A stretch of DNA of 14,933 nucleotides from a virus, in the UHGV virus genome UHGV-0050054; one strand, given 5' to 3'. Made by a program: the position numbers and the translations under genes. The notes under the pieces are model-generated. The model had not been told where the DNA came from. It saw only the letters and a list, made by a program, of their open reading frames with translations, and searched no databases. Of this stretch, positions 7,805 to 14,933 are shown piece by piece (positions within the stretch are counted from its first letter, which is position 1; the number at the start of each line of letters is the position of its first letter).

Positions 7805-7807
7805 ATC

Positions 7808-8140
7808 TCACCCCTCATACAGTAGCTTACTGCCTAATTTCATTTTCTGGCGACCAACACAAGTCACACCCATTTCACTGCGTGGCTTGCTGTACCATGT
7901 GCGCTGATTCTTGCGCTCAATACGTTGCAGGTTGCTTTCAATCTGTTCGTGGTATTCAGCCAGCACCGTAAGGTCTATCGGATTCAGTGCGCTTTCTACT
8001 CGTGATTTAGGCTTTCGAGTCAGCGAGAGAATTTTGCGGGTGTCTGGCTTTGCGCTTACCCCAACCAACAGGGGATTTGCTGCTTTCCATTGAGCCTGTT
8101 TCTCTGCGCGACGTTCGCGGCGGCGTGTTTGTGCATCCAT
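7808..8140 (-). CDS. N: Antitermination protein N
   Basis: 110-aa product MDAQTRRRERRAEKQAQWKAANPLLVGVSAKP... matches lambda N as recalled over most of its length, including the Arg-rich N-terminus; AGGAG RBS; nutL upstream. Confidence 0.9.
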   Translation of the reverse strand: MDAQTRRRERRAEKQAQWKAANPLLVGVSAKPDTRKILSLTRKPKSRVESALNPIDLTVLAEYHEQIESNLQRIERKNQRTWYSKPRSEMGVTCVGRQKMKLGSKLLYEG

Positions 8141-8165
8141 CTGGATTCTCCTGTCAGTTAGCTTT

Positions 8166-8385
8166 GGTGGTGTGGTGGCTGGTAGTCTAGCTCCAGCTTG
8201 TTGAGTCTCATTCGGAGGGGTATAACCGGCACCCCAGCGATTTTTCCATGCGACAACGTGCGCGTTATGGCGGCCTTATCGCCCGCGGCTCCCCATCTCG
8301 TCCACGCTATTGCTAGCGTTGGGAGCGCTTCACCGCTCAACAGTAGGTAAGCACTTGCCAGTGACTAGCTGGCTTCACCACACCC
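8166..8385 (-). promoter_or_regulatory. N-leader long-range inverted repeat enclosing a GC-rich core of about 170 nt
   Basis: Arms near 8167..8193 and 8360..8384 are complementary (perfect 9-bp GGTGTGGTG/CACCACACC core plus imperfect extension). Position matches the lambda N-leader hairpin region. Confidence 0.4.
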
Positions 8386-8408
8386 CAAAGCCTTCTGCTT
8401 TGAATGCT

Positions 8409-8439
8409 GCCCTTCTTCAGGGCTTAATTTTTAAGAGCA
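8409..8439 (-). promoter_or_regulatory. nutL: nutL (boxA + boxB)
   Basis: Minus strand reads GCTCTTAA-AAATTAA-GCCCTGAAGAAGGGC: boxB is the canonical lambda hairpin, boxA-like element 7 nt upstream. Confidence 0.85.
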
Positions 8440-8478
8440 TCACCTTCATGGTGGTTAGTGCGTCCTGCTGATGGCTAA

Positions 8479-8507
8479 ATAGTACGATTTGTACTTTATC
8501 GAGTCAA
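8479..8507 (-). promoter_or_regulatory. pL-like promoter with overlapping operator
   Basis: Minus strand TTGACT (8502..8507), 17-nt spacer, TACTAT (8479..8484); palindrome AGTAC-N5-GTACT (8481..8495) overlaps the spacer and -10. Confidence 0.6.
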
Positions 8508-8553
8508 TACAAAATGTTCTAAATATGGTTGGTTTTTTATAACGCTTTGTATT
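8481..8553. promoter_or_regulatory. Putative OL operators (two sites of form A[G/T][T/A]AC-N5-GTAyT)
   Basis: AGTACgatttGTACT at 8481..8495 and ATAACgctttGTATT at 8539..8553, 58 bp apart; the same motif family recurs at OR. Confidence 0.4.
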
Positions 8554-8569
8554 TAATTGGTTTATATTT

Positions 8570-8600
8570 TGGAAAAAGAAAACCCGACACTAAGGTCGGG
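8570..8600 (-). terminator. Intrinsic terminator downstream of cI
   Basis: Minus strand CCCGAC-cttagt-GTCGGG followed by TTTTCTTTTTCC, beginning 33 nt after the cI stop. Confidence 0.7.
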
Positions 8601-8632
8601 TTATTGTTGTGTGCTTTAGAGTGGTGAGGCTG

Positions 8633-9292
8633 TTAACTAAATGTCTCTTCAGGCCACTGGCTGGCGATAACTTTCCCTACTACGGAACAGCTATCATTGC
8701 ATGGAATCATTGGATATTGCTGGTTTAGTGGCTGTAGGAACACCTGACCGCTATCCCTGATCAGTTTCTTGAAGGTAAACTCGTCACCACCAAGTCTGGC
8801 TATGCAGAAATCACCTGGCTCAACAGCCTGCTCAGGGTCAACGAGAATTAACATCCCGTCAGGAAAGCTTGGCTTGGATCCTGTTGGCGCGGTCATGGAA
8901 TTACCTTCAACTTCAAGCCAGAACGCACAATCACTGGCTTTTTTGGTTGTGCTGACCCATCTCTCCGCATCACCTTTGGTAAAGGTTCTAAGCTCAGGCG
9001 AGAACATCCCGGCCTGAACATGAGAAAAAACAGGGTACTCATATTGTTTTTTAACGGGGGCAGATGAGTATTCGCCAACAGGTGAAAATGTACCGTCGTG
9101 GTTGAATGAGACGTTATCAATACCAAGGTATTTAAACACCACACCAATCTCGTCAAGAGATGGATGACGAGATCCGCGCAACCAGTGACCAATTCCACCC
9201 TGCGTCATACCAAGCTCTTCAGCTAACTTCTCTTGAGTTATGCCGAGCTCTTTCATTCTGGATCTAGCCAGTTCATACCATTTCATTTTCAT
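8633..9292 (-). CDS. cI: CI-type prophage repressor (N-terminal HTH, C-terminal LexA/S24-like domain)
   Basis: C-terminal half ([38 protein letters not shown]...[28 protein letters not shown]...[11 protein letters not shown]) matches lambda CI as recalled, apart from a few substitutions; the N-terminal HTH differs from lambda. Track ORF begins at a TTG (9334); ATG 9292 or 9286 is more likely. Confidence 0.9.
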   Translation of the reverse strand: MKMKWYELARSRMKELGITQEKLAEELGMTQGGIGHWLRGSRHPSLDEIGVVFKYLGIDNVSFNHDGTFSPVGEYSSAPVKKQYEYPVFSHVQAGMFSPELRTFTKGDAERWVSTTKKASDCAFWLEVEGNSMTAPTGSKPSFPDGMLILVDPEQAVEPGDFCIARLGGDEFTFKKLIRDSGQVFLQPLNQQYPMIPCNDSCSVVGKVIASQWPEETFS

Positions 9293-9301
9293 ACCCTTAT
9301 T

Positions 9302-9375
9302 ATTACGCTCTGTACTAAAACCATCCATGCACAAGATGTATTTTTTGTTTGCATTCTAAAAGTACATATCGTATT
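9302..9375. promoter_or_regulatory. Putative OR operators
   Basis: ATTACgctctGTACT at 9302..9316 and AGTACatatcGTATT at 9361..9375, 60 bp apart; the second overlaps the PR spacer and -10. Confidence 0.4.
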
Positions 9376-9377
9376 AT
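9349..9377 (+). promoter_or_regulatory. PR-like promoter
   Basis: TTGCAT (9349..9354), 17-nt spacer, TATTAT (9372..9377), about 27 nt upstream of the cro ATG. Confidence 0.55.
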
Positions 9378-9403
9378 TGTTTCATGGTTACTATGGAGGG
9401 CAT

Positions 9404-9619
9404 ATGAGCAACCTACGAAAATATCGAGAGTCACTGAATATCTCTCAAACAACACTTGCTAAGGCAGTTGGATGCACACAGGGAGCTATCGGACATTGGG
9501 AATCTGGTCGTCGCTTCCCAGACCTTAAAACATGCCGTGCTCTTGTTGAGTGCCTAAACAAGTTAGGCGCAAAAGTCAGTCTTGATGACGTGTTCCCGCC
9601 GGAACACAAAGCCGCTTAA
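9404..9619 (+). CDS. cro: Cro-like repressor (HTH, XRE type; not lambda-Cro-like)
   Basis: 72-aa product from ATG 9404 with GGAGGG RBS (track ORF 9233..9619 extends upstream in frame). HTH motif ISQTTLAKAVGCTQGAIGHWESG; divergent from cI across OR. Confidence 0.8.
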   Translation: MSNLRKYRESLNISQTTLAKAVGCTQGAIGHWESGRRFPDLKTCRALVECLNKLGAKVSLDDVFPPEHKAA

Positions 9620-9628
9620 GACATTCCA

Positions 9629-9659
9629 GCTCTTACACATCCCAGCCCTGAAAAAGGGC
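9629..9659 (+). promoter_or_regulatory. nutR: nutR (boxA + boxB)
   Basis: GCTCTTACA ... GCCCTGAAAAAGGGC, matching lambda nutR boxA and boxB as recalled. Confidence 0.85.
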
Positions 9660-9725
9660 ATCAAATTAAACCACACCTATGATGTATGCATTTATTTGCA
9701 TTCCTTCAATCAATTGTTATCTAAG
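9660..9725 (+). terminator. tR1-like Rho-dependent termination region (by homology only)
   Basis: ATCAAATTAAACCACACCTATG...TGCATTTATTTGCAT...CAATCAATTGTTATCTAAGGAAATACT closely resembles the lambda nutR-to-cII interval containing tR1; no intrinsic hairpin plus T run. Confidence 0.4.
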
Positions 9726-9738
9726 GAAATACTGACAT

Positions 9739-10032
9739 ATGGTTCGTGCAAACAAACGCAACGAGGCTCTACGAATCGAGAGTGCGTTGCTTAACAAAAT
9801 CGCAATGCTTGGAACTGAGAAGACAGCGGAAGCTGTGGGCGTTGATAAGTCGCAGATCAGCAGGTGGAAGAGGGACTGGATTCCAAAGTTCTCAATGCTG
9901 CTTGCTGTACTTGAATGGGGTGTTGTCGACGACGACATGGCTCGATTGGCACGACAAGTTGCTTCGATTCTCACCAATAAAAAACGCCCGGCGGCAACCG
10001 AGCGTTCTGATCAAATACAAATGGAATTTTAA
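9739..10032 (+). CDS. cII: Transcriptional activator CII
   Basis: 97-aa product MVRANKRNEALRIESALLNKIAMLGTEKTAEAVGVDKSQISRWKRDWIPKF... matches lambda CII as recalled; AAGGA RBS. Confidence 0.92.
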   Translation: MVRANKRNEALRIESALLNKIAMLGTEKTAEAVGVDKSQISRWKRDWIPKFSMLLAVLEWGVVDDDMARLARQVASILTNKKRPAATERSDQIQMEF

Positions 10033-10045
10033 CAACATCCAACGA
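9977..10045 (-). ncRNA. oop-like antisense RNA (tentative; 5' end uncertain)
   Basis: Minus strand has the lambda-oop-type terminator (CGCTCGG-ttgccg-CCGGGCG then TTTTTTATT, plus 9977..10005) inside the cII 3' end, and a TATAAT at plus 10050..10055. No convincing -35. Confidence 0.3.
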
Positions 10046-10054
10046 GGTAATTAT

Positions 10055-10327
10055 ATGCGAAACAAAGGCTTTAATCCATCTGATACACACAAAGAAGCTA
10101 AGCGTTTGCGCTTCCTTCGTTCCATTGATGAAAGAACTCAAATCTCTTTTGTGAAAGTTGCCAGAACTGAGCTTCTGAAGGCTGAGGCGAGGGCGTTGCT
10201 CCCGTCTCTACCAAAAGAGGATGGATATACGTTCATTCCAAACGCATTTCTGGAAAAGCTGCTCAAAGAAGACATATCCGTAAGTCAGTTTAACGATGTT
10301 CTTAAGGTCTTTCGTCAAGGCAGGTAG
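10055..10327 (+). CDS. Hypothetical protein (90 aa) between cII and the initiator gene
   Basis: ATG 10055 with GAGG RBS 7 nt upstream; in frame with the longer track ORF 9746..10327. Stop TAG lies 2 nt before the initiator ATG. Confidence 0.55.
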   Translation: MRNKGFNPSDTHKEAKRLRFLRSIDERTQISFVKVARTELLKAEARALLPSLPKEDGYTFIPNAFLEKLLKEDISVSQFNDVLKVFRQGR

Positions 10328-10329
10328 TT

Positions 10330-11277
10330 ATGAGCAATACAGCAAAAATCTACGATTTCAGCGCCGCACACGAGCGCAGGAGCAACAGGATGGAGAACCA
10401 GAAAACTGGTTACATTCCGTTGTACCGGAGCATTCTGAAACAGTCATGGGCGAAAGATGTTTATCTTCGCACCCTGTGGGAAAACCTTCTCCTGAATGCC
10501 GCCAGAAAGCCATACAAAGCGAATTTCAAAGGTCATGAATGGCATCTGCAACCCGGTCAACTGGTTGTGACAGCAGCTGATTTAGGTCTTCAGTTATGCG
10601 ACAGGCATGGCAAGCCGGCAAGCCGTGATCAGGTTGAGCGGATGCTTCAGGTTTTTGTGAAAGAGGGGATGATCACCATTGATGGAGAGAAGCAAAAAGG
10701 TCGTGTGATCACCATCACAAATTACCATGAATATGCTCAAAAAATGGACAATTCACCCGCACATGAAGCCGCACAAACAACCGCACATGATGCCGCACAT
10801 GATGAAGCCAGTAATGGCGCGGCTTTCAGCGTACATACCGCACATGAAAGCGCACATGAAGCCGCACAAACAACCGCACATCATGAACAAGAAGGTATTA
10901 ACAAGAATATAAATAATACCCCCCTACCCCCCAATGGGGGAGGCGATGGGCAGGTTAAACATGAACGTCGCAAGGCAGAACGAATCGACTACGAATCCTT
11001 CCTGAACGCCTACAACACCGAAGTCGGTGACAGACTGCCACACGCTGTTGCGGTCAACGAGAAACGCAAACGCCGCCTGAAGAAAATCATCCCGCAACTG
11101 AAAACGCCAAACGTGGACGGTTTCAGAGCGTATGTCAGGGCGTTTGTGCATCAGGCCAAGCCGTTTTACTTCGGAGACAACGACACTGGCTGGACGGCAG
11201 ATTTTGATTACCTGCTGAGGGAAGATTCGTTAACGGGAGTTCGGGAAGGGAAGTTTGCAGACAGGGGGATTGCATGA
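10330..11277 (+). CDS. Replication initiator, lambda O-like N-terminus, with internal iteron origin
   Basis: 315-aa product; [10 protein letters not shown] resembles lambda O MTNTAKILNF; repeated [10 protein letters not shown] segments coincide with DNA iterons; stop overlaps the helicase start. Confidence 0.85.
   Translation: MSNTAKIYDFSAAHERRSNRMENQKTGYIPLYRSILKQSWAKDVYLRTLWENLLLNAARKPYKANFKGHEWHLQPGQLVVTAADLGLQLCDRHGKPASRDQVERMLQVFVKEGMITIDGEKQKGRVITITNYHEYAQKMDNSPAHEAAQTTAHDAAHDEASNGAAFSVHTAHESAHEAAQTTAHHEQEGINKNINNTPLPPNGGGDGQVKHERRKAERIDYESFLNAYNTEVGDRLPHAVAVNEKRKRRLKKIIPQLKTPNVDGFRAYVRAFVHQAKPFYFGDNDTGWTADFDYLLREDSLTGVREGKFADRGIA
10758..10945. repeat. Putative replication origin: iterons, AT-rich tract, GC-rich hairpin
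   Basis: Identical 31-bp blocks at 10758..10788 and 10851..10881; at least 5 GCACATGA motifs; AT-rich 10886..10918; CCTACCCCCC-AAT-GGGGGAGG hairpin at about 10925..10945. Same layout as lambda ori inside O. Confidence 0.6.
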
Positions 11278-12650
11278 AACAGGATATCGAAGCGAGCGTT
11301 ATCGGTGGCTTGCTGATTGGTGGATTAACACCAACTGCCAGTGACGTTCTGGCAACGCTTGAGCCGGAAGCGTTTTCAATTCCGCTCTACAGGAAAGCCT
11401 TCGAAGTTATCCGTAAGCAGGCGAGAAACAGAAATCTAATCGACGCGCTGATGGTTGCCGAGGCGTGCGGAGAGGAGCATTTCACGTCAATCCTGATGAC
11501 CAGCAAAAACTGCCCGAGTGCCGCAAACCTGAAGGGATATGCCGGAATGGTCGCGGATAACTATCACCGCCGTCTGGTGCTGGAAATCATGGATGAAATG
11601 CGTGAACCAATTCAGAGCGGAACCATCGACGCATCGAGTCAGGCGATGGATGAACTTGTAAAGCGTCTCTCAGCCATCAGAAAGCCCCGTGACGAGGTTA
11701 AACCGGTACGCTTAGGGGAAATCATCACTGACTACACCGACACGCTTGACAGGCGTCTGAGGAACGGAGAAGAGTCCGATACCCTGAAGACCGGAATCGA
11801 AGAACTTGATGCCATCACCGGAGGGATGAACGCAGAAGACCTTGTGATAATCGCTGCTCGTCCTGGTATGGGGAAAACCGAACTGGCGCTGAAGATTGCC
11901 GAAGGCGTTGCAAGCCGCGTTATTCCTGGTTCTGACGTCCGGCGCGGAGTGTTGATTTTCTCGATGGAAATGAGTGCATTGCAGATTGCAGAGCGAAGTA
12001 TTGCCAACGCCGGGAGGATGTCGGTTAGCGTGCTGCGAAATCCTGCATCGATGGATGACGAAGGCTGGGCGCGCGTTGCTAACGGCATGAGTCAGCTTGC
12101 AGATTTGGATGTATGGGTAGTCGATGCCTCGCGGTTATCGGTCGAAGAAATACGCTCAATCGCAGAACGGCACAAACAGGAAAATCCAAACCTCTCACTC
12201 ATCATGGCGGATTATCTTGGCCTGATTGAGAAGCCGAAAGCAGACCGCAACGACCTCGCAATTGCTCACATCTCAGGAAGCCTGAAGGCGATGGCGAAAG
12301 ACTTGAAAACGCCTGTTATCTCCCTGAGTCAGCTTTCGCGCGATGTTGAGAAGCGACCAAACAAACGCCCGACAAACGCAGATTTGCGTGATTCAGGAAG
12401 CATTGAGCAGGACGCAGACTCAATCATCATGCTCTATCGGGAAGCGGTATATGACGAGAACAGTAGCGCCGCGCCATTTGCTGAAATCATCGTGACGAAA
12501 AACCGTTTTGGCTCACTTGGTACGGTTTACCAGCGGTTCTGTAACGGACACTTTGTTGCATGTGACCAGGATGAAGCCAGACAGATTTGCACAGCATCAA
12601 ATGCACCTGCTGCGCGTGGCAGACGATATGCACAAGGGGCGGACGTATGA
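11274..12650 (+). CDS. Replicative DNA helicase, DnaB family
   Basis: 458-aa product with Walker A-like [15 protein letters not shown] and DnaB-type C-terminal motifs; ATGA overlap with the initiator gene. Confidence 0.9.
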   Translation: MKQDIEASVIGGLLIGGLTPTASDVLATLEPEAFSIPLYRKAFEVIRKQARNRNLIDALMVAEACGEEHFTSILMTSKNCPSAANLKGYAGMVADNYHRRLVLEIMDEMREPIQSGTIDASSQAMDELVKRLSAIRKPRDEVKPVRLGEIITDYTDTLDRRLRNGEESDTLKTGIEELDAITGGMNAEDLVIIAARPGMGKTELALKIAEGVASRVIPGSDVRRGVLIFSMEMSALQIAERSIANAGRMSVSVLRNPASMDDEGWARVANGMSQLADLDVWVVDASRLSVEEIRSIAERHKQENPNLSLIMADYLGLIEKPKADRNDLAIAHISGSLKAMAKDLKTPVISLSQLSRDVEKRPNKRPTNADLRDSGSIEQDADSIIMLYREAVYDENSSAAPFAEIIVTKNRFGSLGTVYQRFCNGHFVACDQDEARQICTASNAPAARGRRYAQGADV

Positions 12651-12675
12651 CCATCTACATCACTGAGATAATAAC

Positions 12676-12706
12676 AGGGGCTATTTACACAGTAGCCCTT
12701 TTTTAT
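12676..12706 (+). terminator. Intrinsic terminator after the helicase gene
   Basis: AGGGGCTA-tttacacag-TAGCCCT followed by TTTTTT, 26 nt after the helicase stop. Confidence 0.7.
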
Positions 12707-12731
12707 TGGATTGGAAGTGAGAGGTGATAGC

Positions 12732-12899
12732 GTGAGTGAACCATCTAAACATGCGCAGTATTGCCCATTCTGCCAGCGTCATATTGAGCCTGAGCGAGAT
12801 GATTTAGGCGATCTGTACATTACACATGAAGGCGGATTTATTTATGTGCACGACGAAGTACTACACGATGACGATTACACATTTACGCCACTTAACTAA
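12732..12899 (+). CDS. Small hypothetical protein (about 55 aa, GTG start)
   Basis: Track ORF starts at TTG 12711; GTG 12732 has GAGGTGA 5 nt upstream. Confidence 0.45.
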   Translation: MSEPSKHAQYCPFCQRHIEPERDDLGDLYITHEGGFIYVHDEVLHDDDYTFTPLN

Positions 12900-12926
12900 C
12901 ATCCAGCACGCTGACGGAGAGGAATG

Positions 12927-13247
12927 ATGAGTAACGAAAATGGATTAATTGAATGGTTGCAAAGCGGCGAATATCTTCCTGGCTTTCTACGCGACTTTCA
13001 CGACCAGAAAGATGTGTTTAAGGCTATGCACGACACAATTGGGAATGCTAACGAAAACGGTAATGCCAGAGATGGGCATATCTATGTTATTGACACCTTT
13101 CTTTGGTACATGGCCCGATGCGGTTACACCTTGCAGAAATCAAGGAAAAATGTCGAATTTAAAGATATGCAGGATGACATTGAGCGCAGCAAAGAATGGC
13201 GGCGTGAGGCATTTTCTCGTGTTATTTCAGAACAGCACAAAGTCTAG
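12927..13247 (+). CDS. Hypothetical nin-region protein (106 aa)
   Basis: Complete ORF; GGAG about 7 nt before ATG 12927. No family recognised. Confidence 0.6.
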   Translation: MSNENGLIEWLQSGEYLPGFLRDFHDQKDVFKAMHDTIGNANENGNARDGHIYVIDTFLWYMARCGYTLQKSRKNVEFKDMQDDIERSKEWRREAFSRVISEQHKV

Positions 13248-13261
13248 TGATGGAGAGGAAT

Positions 13262-13531
13262 ATGGACGAATCAAGAAAGCAGTTTGAAGAATGGTTTGAA
13301 AATTACACCGGATGTGATCATAAAAATAAAATATACGCCAATATGGTTGAGATGTATTGGCAAGCGTGGCAGGCATCGCGAGCAGCTATTGAAATAACCG
13401 CGCCAAAGTTTATCGACAGCAGAGAAGCATTAGCCAAAGGGTTTACTGTTGATTATTCCAATGGCTTCGGTGATGGAATGGATGCTTATGAGGAAAACAT
13501 CCGCGCTGCTGGAGTCAAAGTGAAGGAGTAA
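13262..13531 (+). CDS. Hypothetical nin-region protein (89 aa; alternative starts at 13247 or 13250)
   Basis: GGAG 6 nt before ATG 13262; Trp-rich N-terminus (QFEEWFENYTG...EMYWQAWQ). Confidence 0.55.
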   Translation: MDESRKQFEEWFENYTGCDHKNKIYANMVEMYWQAWQASRAAIEITAPKFIDSREALAKGFTVDYSNGFGDGMDAYEENIRAAGVKVKE

Positions 13532-13533
13532 CG

Positions 13534-13944
13534 ATGAAGCAAACAATCTTCCTCCGAACTAAGCAACAACAGCAAGCCGCAATAAATGCCATCCTCGCAA
13601 CACCACTCGATAAAGACAAGCCAGTTACCATCCGCATTACTGACTACAAGCGCAATCTTGACCAGAACGCAAAATTTCACGCGATGGTCGCAGATATCGC
13701 TCGTCAGGTTCAATGGTGCGGCAAATGGTTAAAACCAGAACAATGGAAGGTTTTGTTGATTAGCGGTCATGCAGTGGCAACAAAGCAGGAAGCTGATGTT
13801 TTGCCCGGGCTTGAAGGCGAATACGTCAACATTCGCGAAAGTAGCGCGCAGATGAGCGTGAAGCGCATGGCAAGCCTGATTGAGTACACGACAGCATGGG
13901 CTATTGGTCAGGGTGTCAGATTTACCGACAGGAGGTACGAATGA
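13534..13944 (+). CDS. ninB: NinB-family protein
   Basis: 136-aa product; [33 protein letters not shown] parallels lambda NinB RSLDQNRKLWACLGDVSRQVEWHGRWLDAESWK as recalled; AAGGAG RBS. Confidence 0.8.
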   Translation: MKQTIFLRTKQQQQAAINAILATPLDKDKPVTIRITDYKRNLDQNAKFHAMVADIARQVQWCGKWLKPEQWKVLLISGHAVATKQEADVLPGLEGEYVNIRESSAQMSVKRMASLIEYTTAWAIGQGVRFTDRRYE

Positions 13945-14117
13945 GACGACAGCGACGAAGTATCACCGACATCATCTGCGAAAACTGCAAATACCTTCCA
14001 ACGAAACGCTCCAGAAATAAACGCAAGCCAATCCCAAAAGAATCTGACGTAAAAACCTTCAACTACACGGCTCACCTGTGGGATATCCGGTGGCTAAGAC
14101 ATCGTGCGAGGAAATGA
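13941..14117 (+). CDS. ninE: NinE-like small basic protein (58 aa)
   Basis: ATG 13941 with GGAGG RBS, overlapping the ninB stop (ATGA); product [36 protein letters not shown]... Assignment from memory. Confidence 0.55.
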   Translation: MRRQRRSITDIICENCKYLPTKRSRNKRKPIPKESDVKTFNYTAHLWDIRWLRHRARK

Positions 14118-14488
14118 CAATGGATTATTCACAGTTAAGTGATTTTGAAATTAACAGAATGGTAGGAGACATAATTTTTAAAGGCCTTTGGGCATGTAAA
14201 CCGGAAACGTCAGGGAATAACACCAACAAATGGTATTACGGAAATGCTGATACAACTTTTGAGCCATTAAACCCTTTACCTGACTACTGCAATGATCCGA
14301 GCGCCTCATGGCCTGTAATCGCAAAACATCATATCAGCATATGTGCATACGAAAGAAATAATCCTGGAATGAAGAATGAATATTGGTGGGAGGCAGATAG
14401 ATTTTGTGAATTTATTACCATAGACAACAACCCACTCCGCGCCGCCATGATTGTATTTCTCATGATGCAGGACGCCAATAATGCTTAG
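14114..14488 (+). CDS. Hypothetical nin-region protein (about 124 aa; alternative start 14120)
   Basis: ATG 14114 overlaps the NinE-like stop; ATG 14120 has better spacing from GAGG. Trp/Tyr-rich; no family recognised. Confidence 0.55.
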   Translation: MTMDYSQLSDFEINRMVGDIIFKGLWACKPETSGNNTNKWYYGNADTTFEPLNPLPDYCNDPSASWPVIAKHHISICAYERNNPGMKNEYWWEADRFCEFITIDNNPLRAAMIVFLMMQDANNA

Positions 14489-14657
14489 CCCATCCCAATC
14501 CATTCAATACCAGAAAGAAAGCGTCGAGCGGGCTTTAACGTGCGCTAACTGCGGTCAGAAGCTGCATGTGCTGGAAGTTCATGTGTGTGAGCACTGCTGC
14601 GCAGAACTGATGAGCGATCCGAATAGCTCAATGTACGAGGAAGAAGACGATGAGTGA
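14481..14657 (+). CDS. ninF: NinF-like small Cys-rich protein (58 aa)
   Basis: Not in track. Manual translation [58 protein letters not shown]; resembles lambda NinF as recalled. Confidence 0.55.
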   Translation: MLSPSQSIQYQKESVERALTCANCGQKLHVLEVHVCEHCCAELMSDPNSSMYEEEDDE

Positions 14658-14862
14658 TTACCTGAAATGGTATCTCTGCCACCGCTGGTTAATTAAGTGT
14701 GCTGTAAAAGACTGGATGACAGCGGATGCCAACAAGCTTAAGCAAAGAAAAGACTATTACTACGCCAGAATGAAGGAAAACTACTGCTCAATTCGCACTC
14801 GCATATTTATTAAAAAAGACCTTCAGTCAATTCTTCAATTGCGAGGGAAGGTAAATGGCTAA
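14650..14862 (+). CDS. Hypothetical protein (70 aa)
   Basis: Track ORF overlapping the NinF-like stop; AT-rich; no strong RBS seen. Confidence 0.4.
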   Translation: MSDYLKWYLCHRWLIKCAVKDWMTADANKLKQRKDYYYARMKENYCSIRTRIFIKKDLQSILQLRGKVNG

Positions 14863-14933
14863 CCTACGCAAAGAAGCACGCGGCAGAGAATGCCAGGTAC
14901 GGATTTATGGCGTATGCAATGGCAACCCTGAAA
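14855..14933 (+). CDS. 5' end of a YbcO-like (DUF1364, tentative) nin-region gene; runs off the window end
   Basis: ATG 14855 with GAGGGAAGG upstream; MANLRKEARGRECQVRIYGVCNGNPE resembles the N-terminus of E. coli prophage YbcO-type proteins as recalled. Confidence 0.45.
   Translation, partial: MANLRKEARGRECQVRIYGVCNGNPE

Noticed and set aside
8158-8340. 60-aa minus-strand ORF inside the N leader
   Set aside because: Sits inside the structured leader between nutL and N, with no RBS and a GC-driven Ala/Gly/Pro-rich composition; more likely RNA structure than coding.
8769-9198. Overlapping 82-aa (+) and 101-aa (-) ORFs
   Set aside because: Both lie within the cI gene in other frames or strand; the cI reading frame is strongly supported.
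10758-10885. Short direct repeats that could suggest a CRISPR array
   Set aside because: Repeats are 8-31 bp, irregularly spaced, and lie in frame inside a protein-coding gene next to an AT-rich tract; this is origin-iteron architecture.
10727-10912. 61-aa ORF with repeated HMKPHKQPH motifs
   Set aside because: Alternative frame of the iteron repeats inside the initiator gene; the periodicity comes from the DNA repeats.
11732-12088. 118-aa minus-strand ORF
   Set aside because: Entirely antisense to the well-supported DnaB-family helicase gene.
13896-14117. Track ORF start at 13896 for the NinE-like gene
   Set aside because: The upstream extension overlaps the ninB 3' end in another frame; ATG 13941 has a GGAGG RBS and overlaps the ninB stop, so the shorter form is preferred.
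1-14933. tRNA, rRNA, integrase, att site or insertion sequence
   Set aside because: No cloverleaf-like structures, rDNA-like segments, recombinase or transposase ORFs, or terminal inverted repeats typical of IS elements were seen; the window appears to lie wholly inside the phage early region.

Overview
This window is the early-control region of a lambda-like (lambdoid) temperate phage or prophage of an enterobacterial host, read entirely from sequence and recalled protein families (no searches run). Centre: immunity region with a cI-type repressor (8633..9292, -) and an HTH-type Cro (9404..9619, +), flanked by near-lambda N + nutL on the left and nutR + cII on the right. Left (minus strand, pL operon): N, a low-GC two-gene cassette, several unknown early genes, cIII-like and Kil-like peptides, a 103-aa unknown at the gam position, RecT, a Gp157-like protein and further Ea-type unknowns to the window edge. 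Right (plus strand, pR operon): cII, an extra 90-aa ORF, an O-like initiator with an embedded iteron origin, a DnaB-family helicase, a terminator and a nin-like region (NinB, NinE-like, NinF-like, partial YbcO-like). No rRNA, tRNA, CRISPR array, integrase or att site was seen. The best candidate for an undescribed function is the low-GC cassette at 7027..7806, in the slot where lambda carries ral/sieB, bracketed by two copies of a 36-bp hairpin box. Other points of interest: the unrelated protein in the gam slot, an enlarged N-leader structure, a 322-aa protein with a long charged helix, and the extra ORF coupled to the initiator gene.
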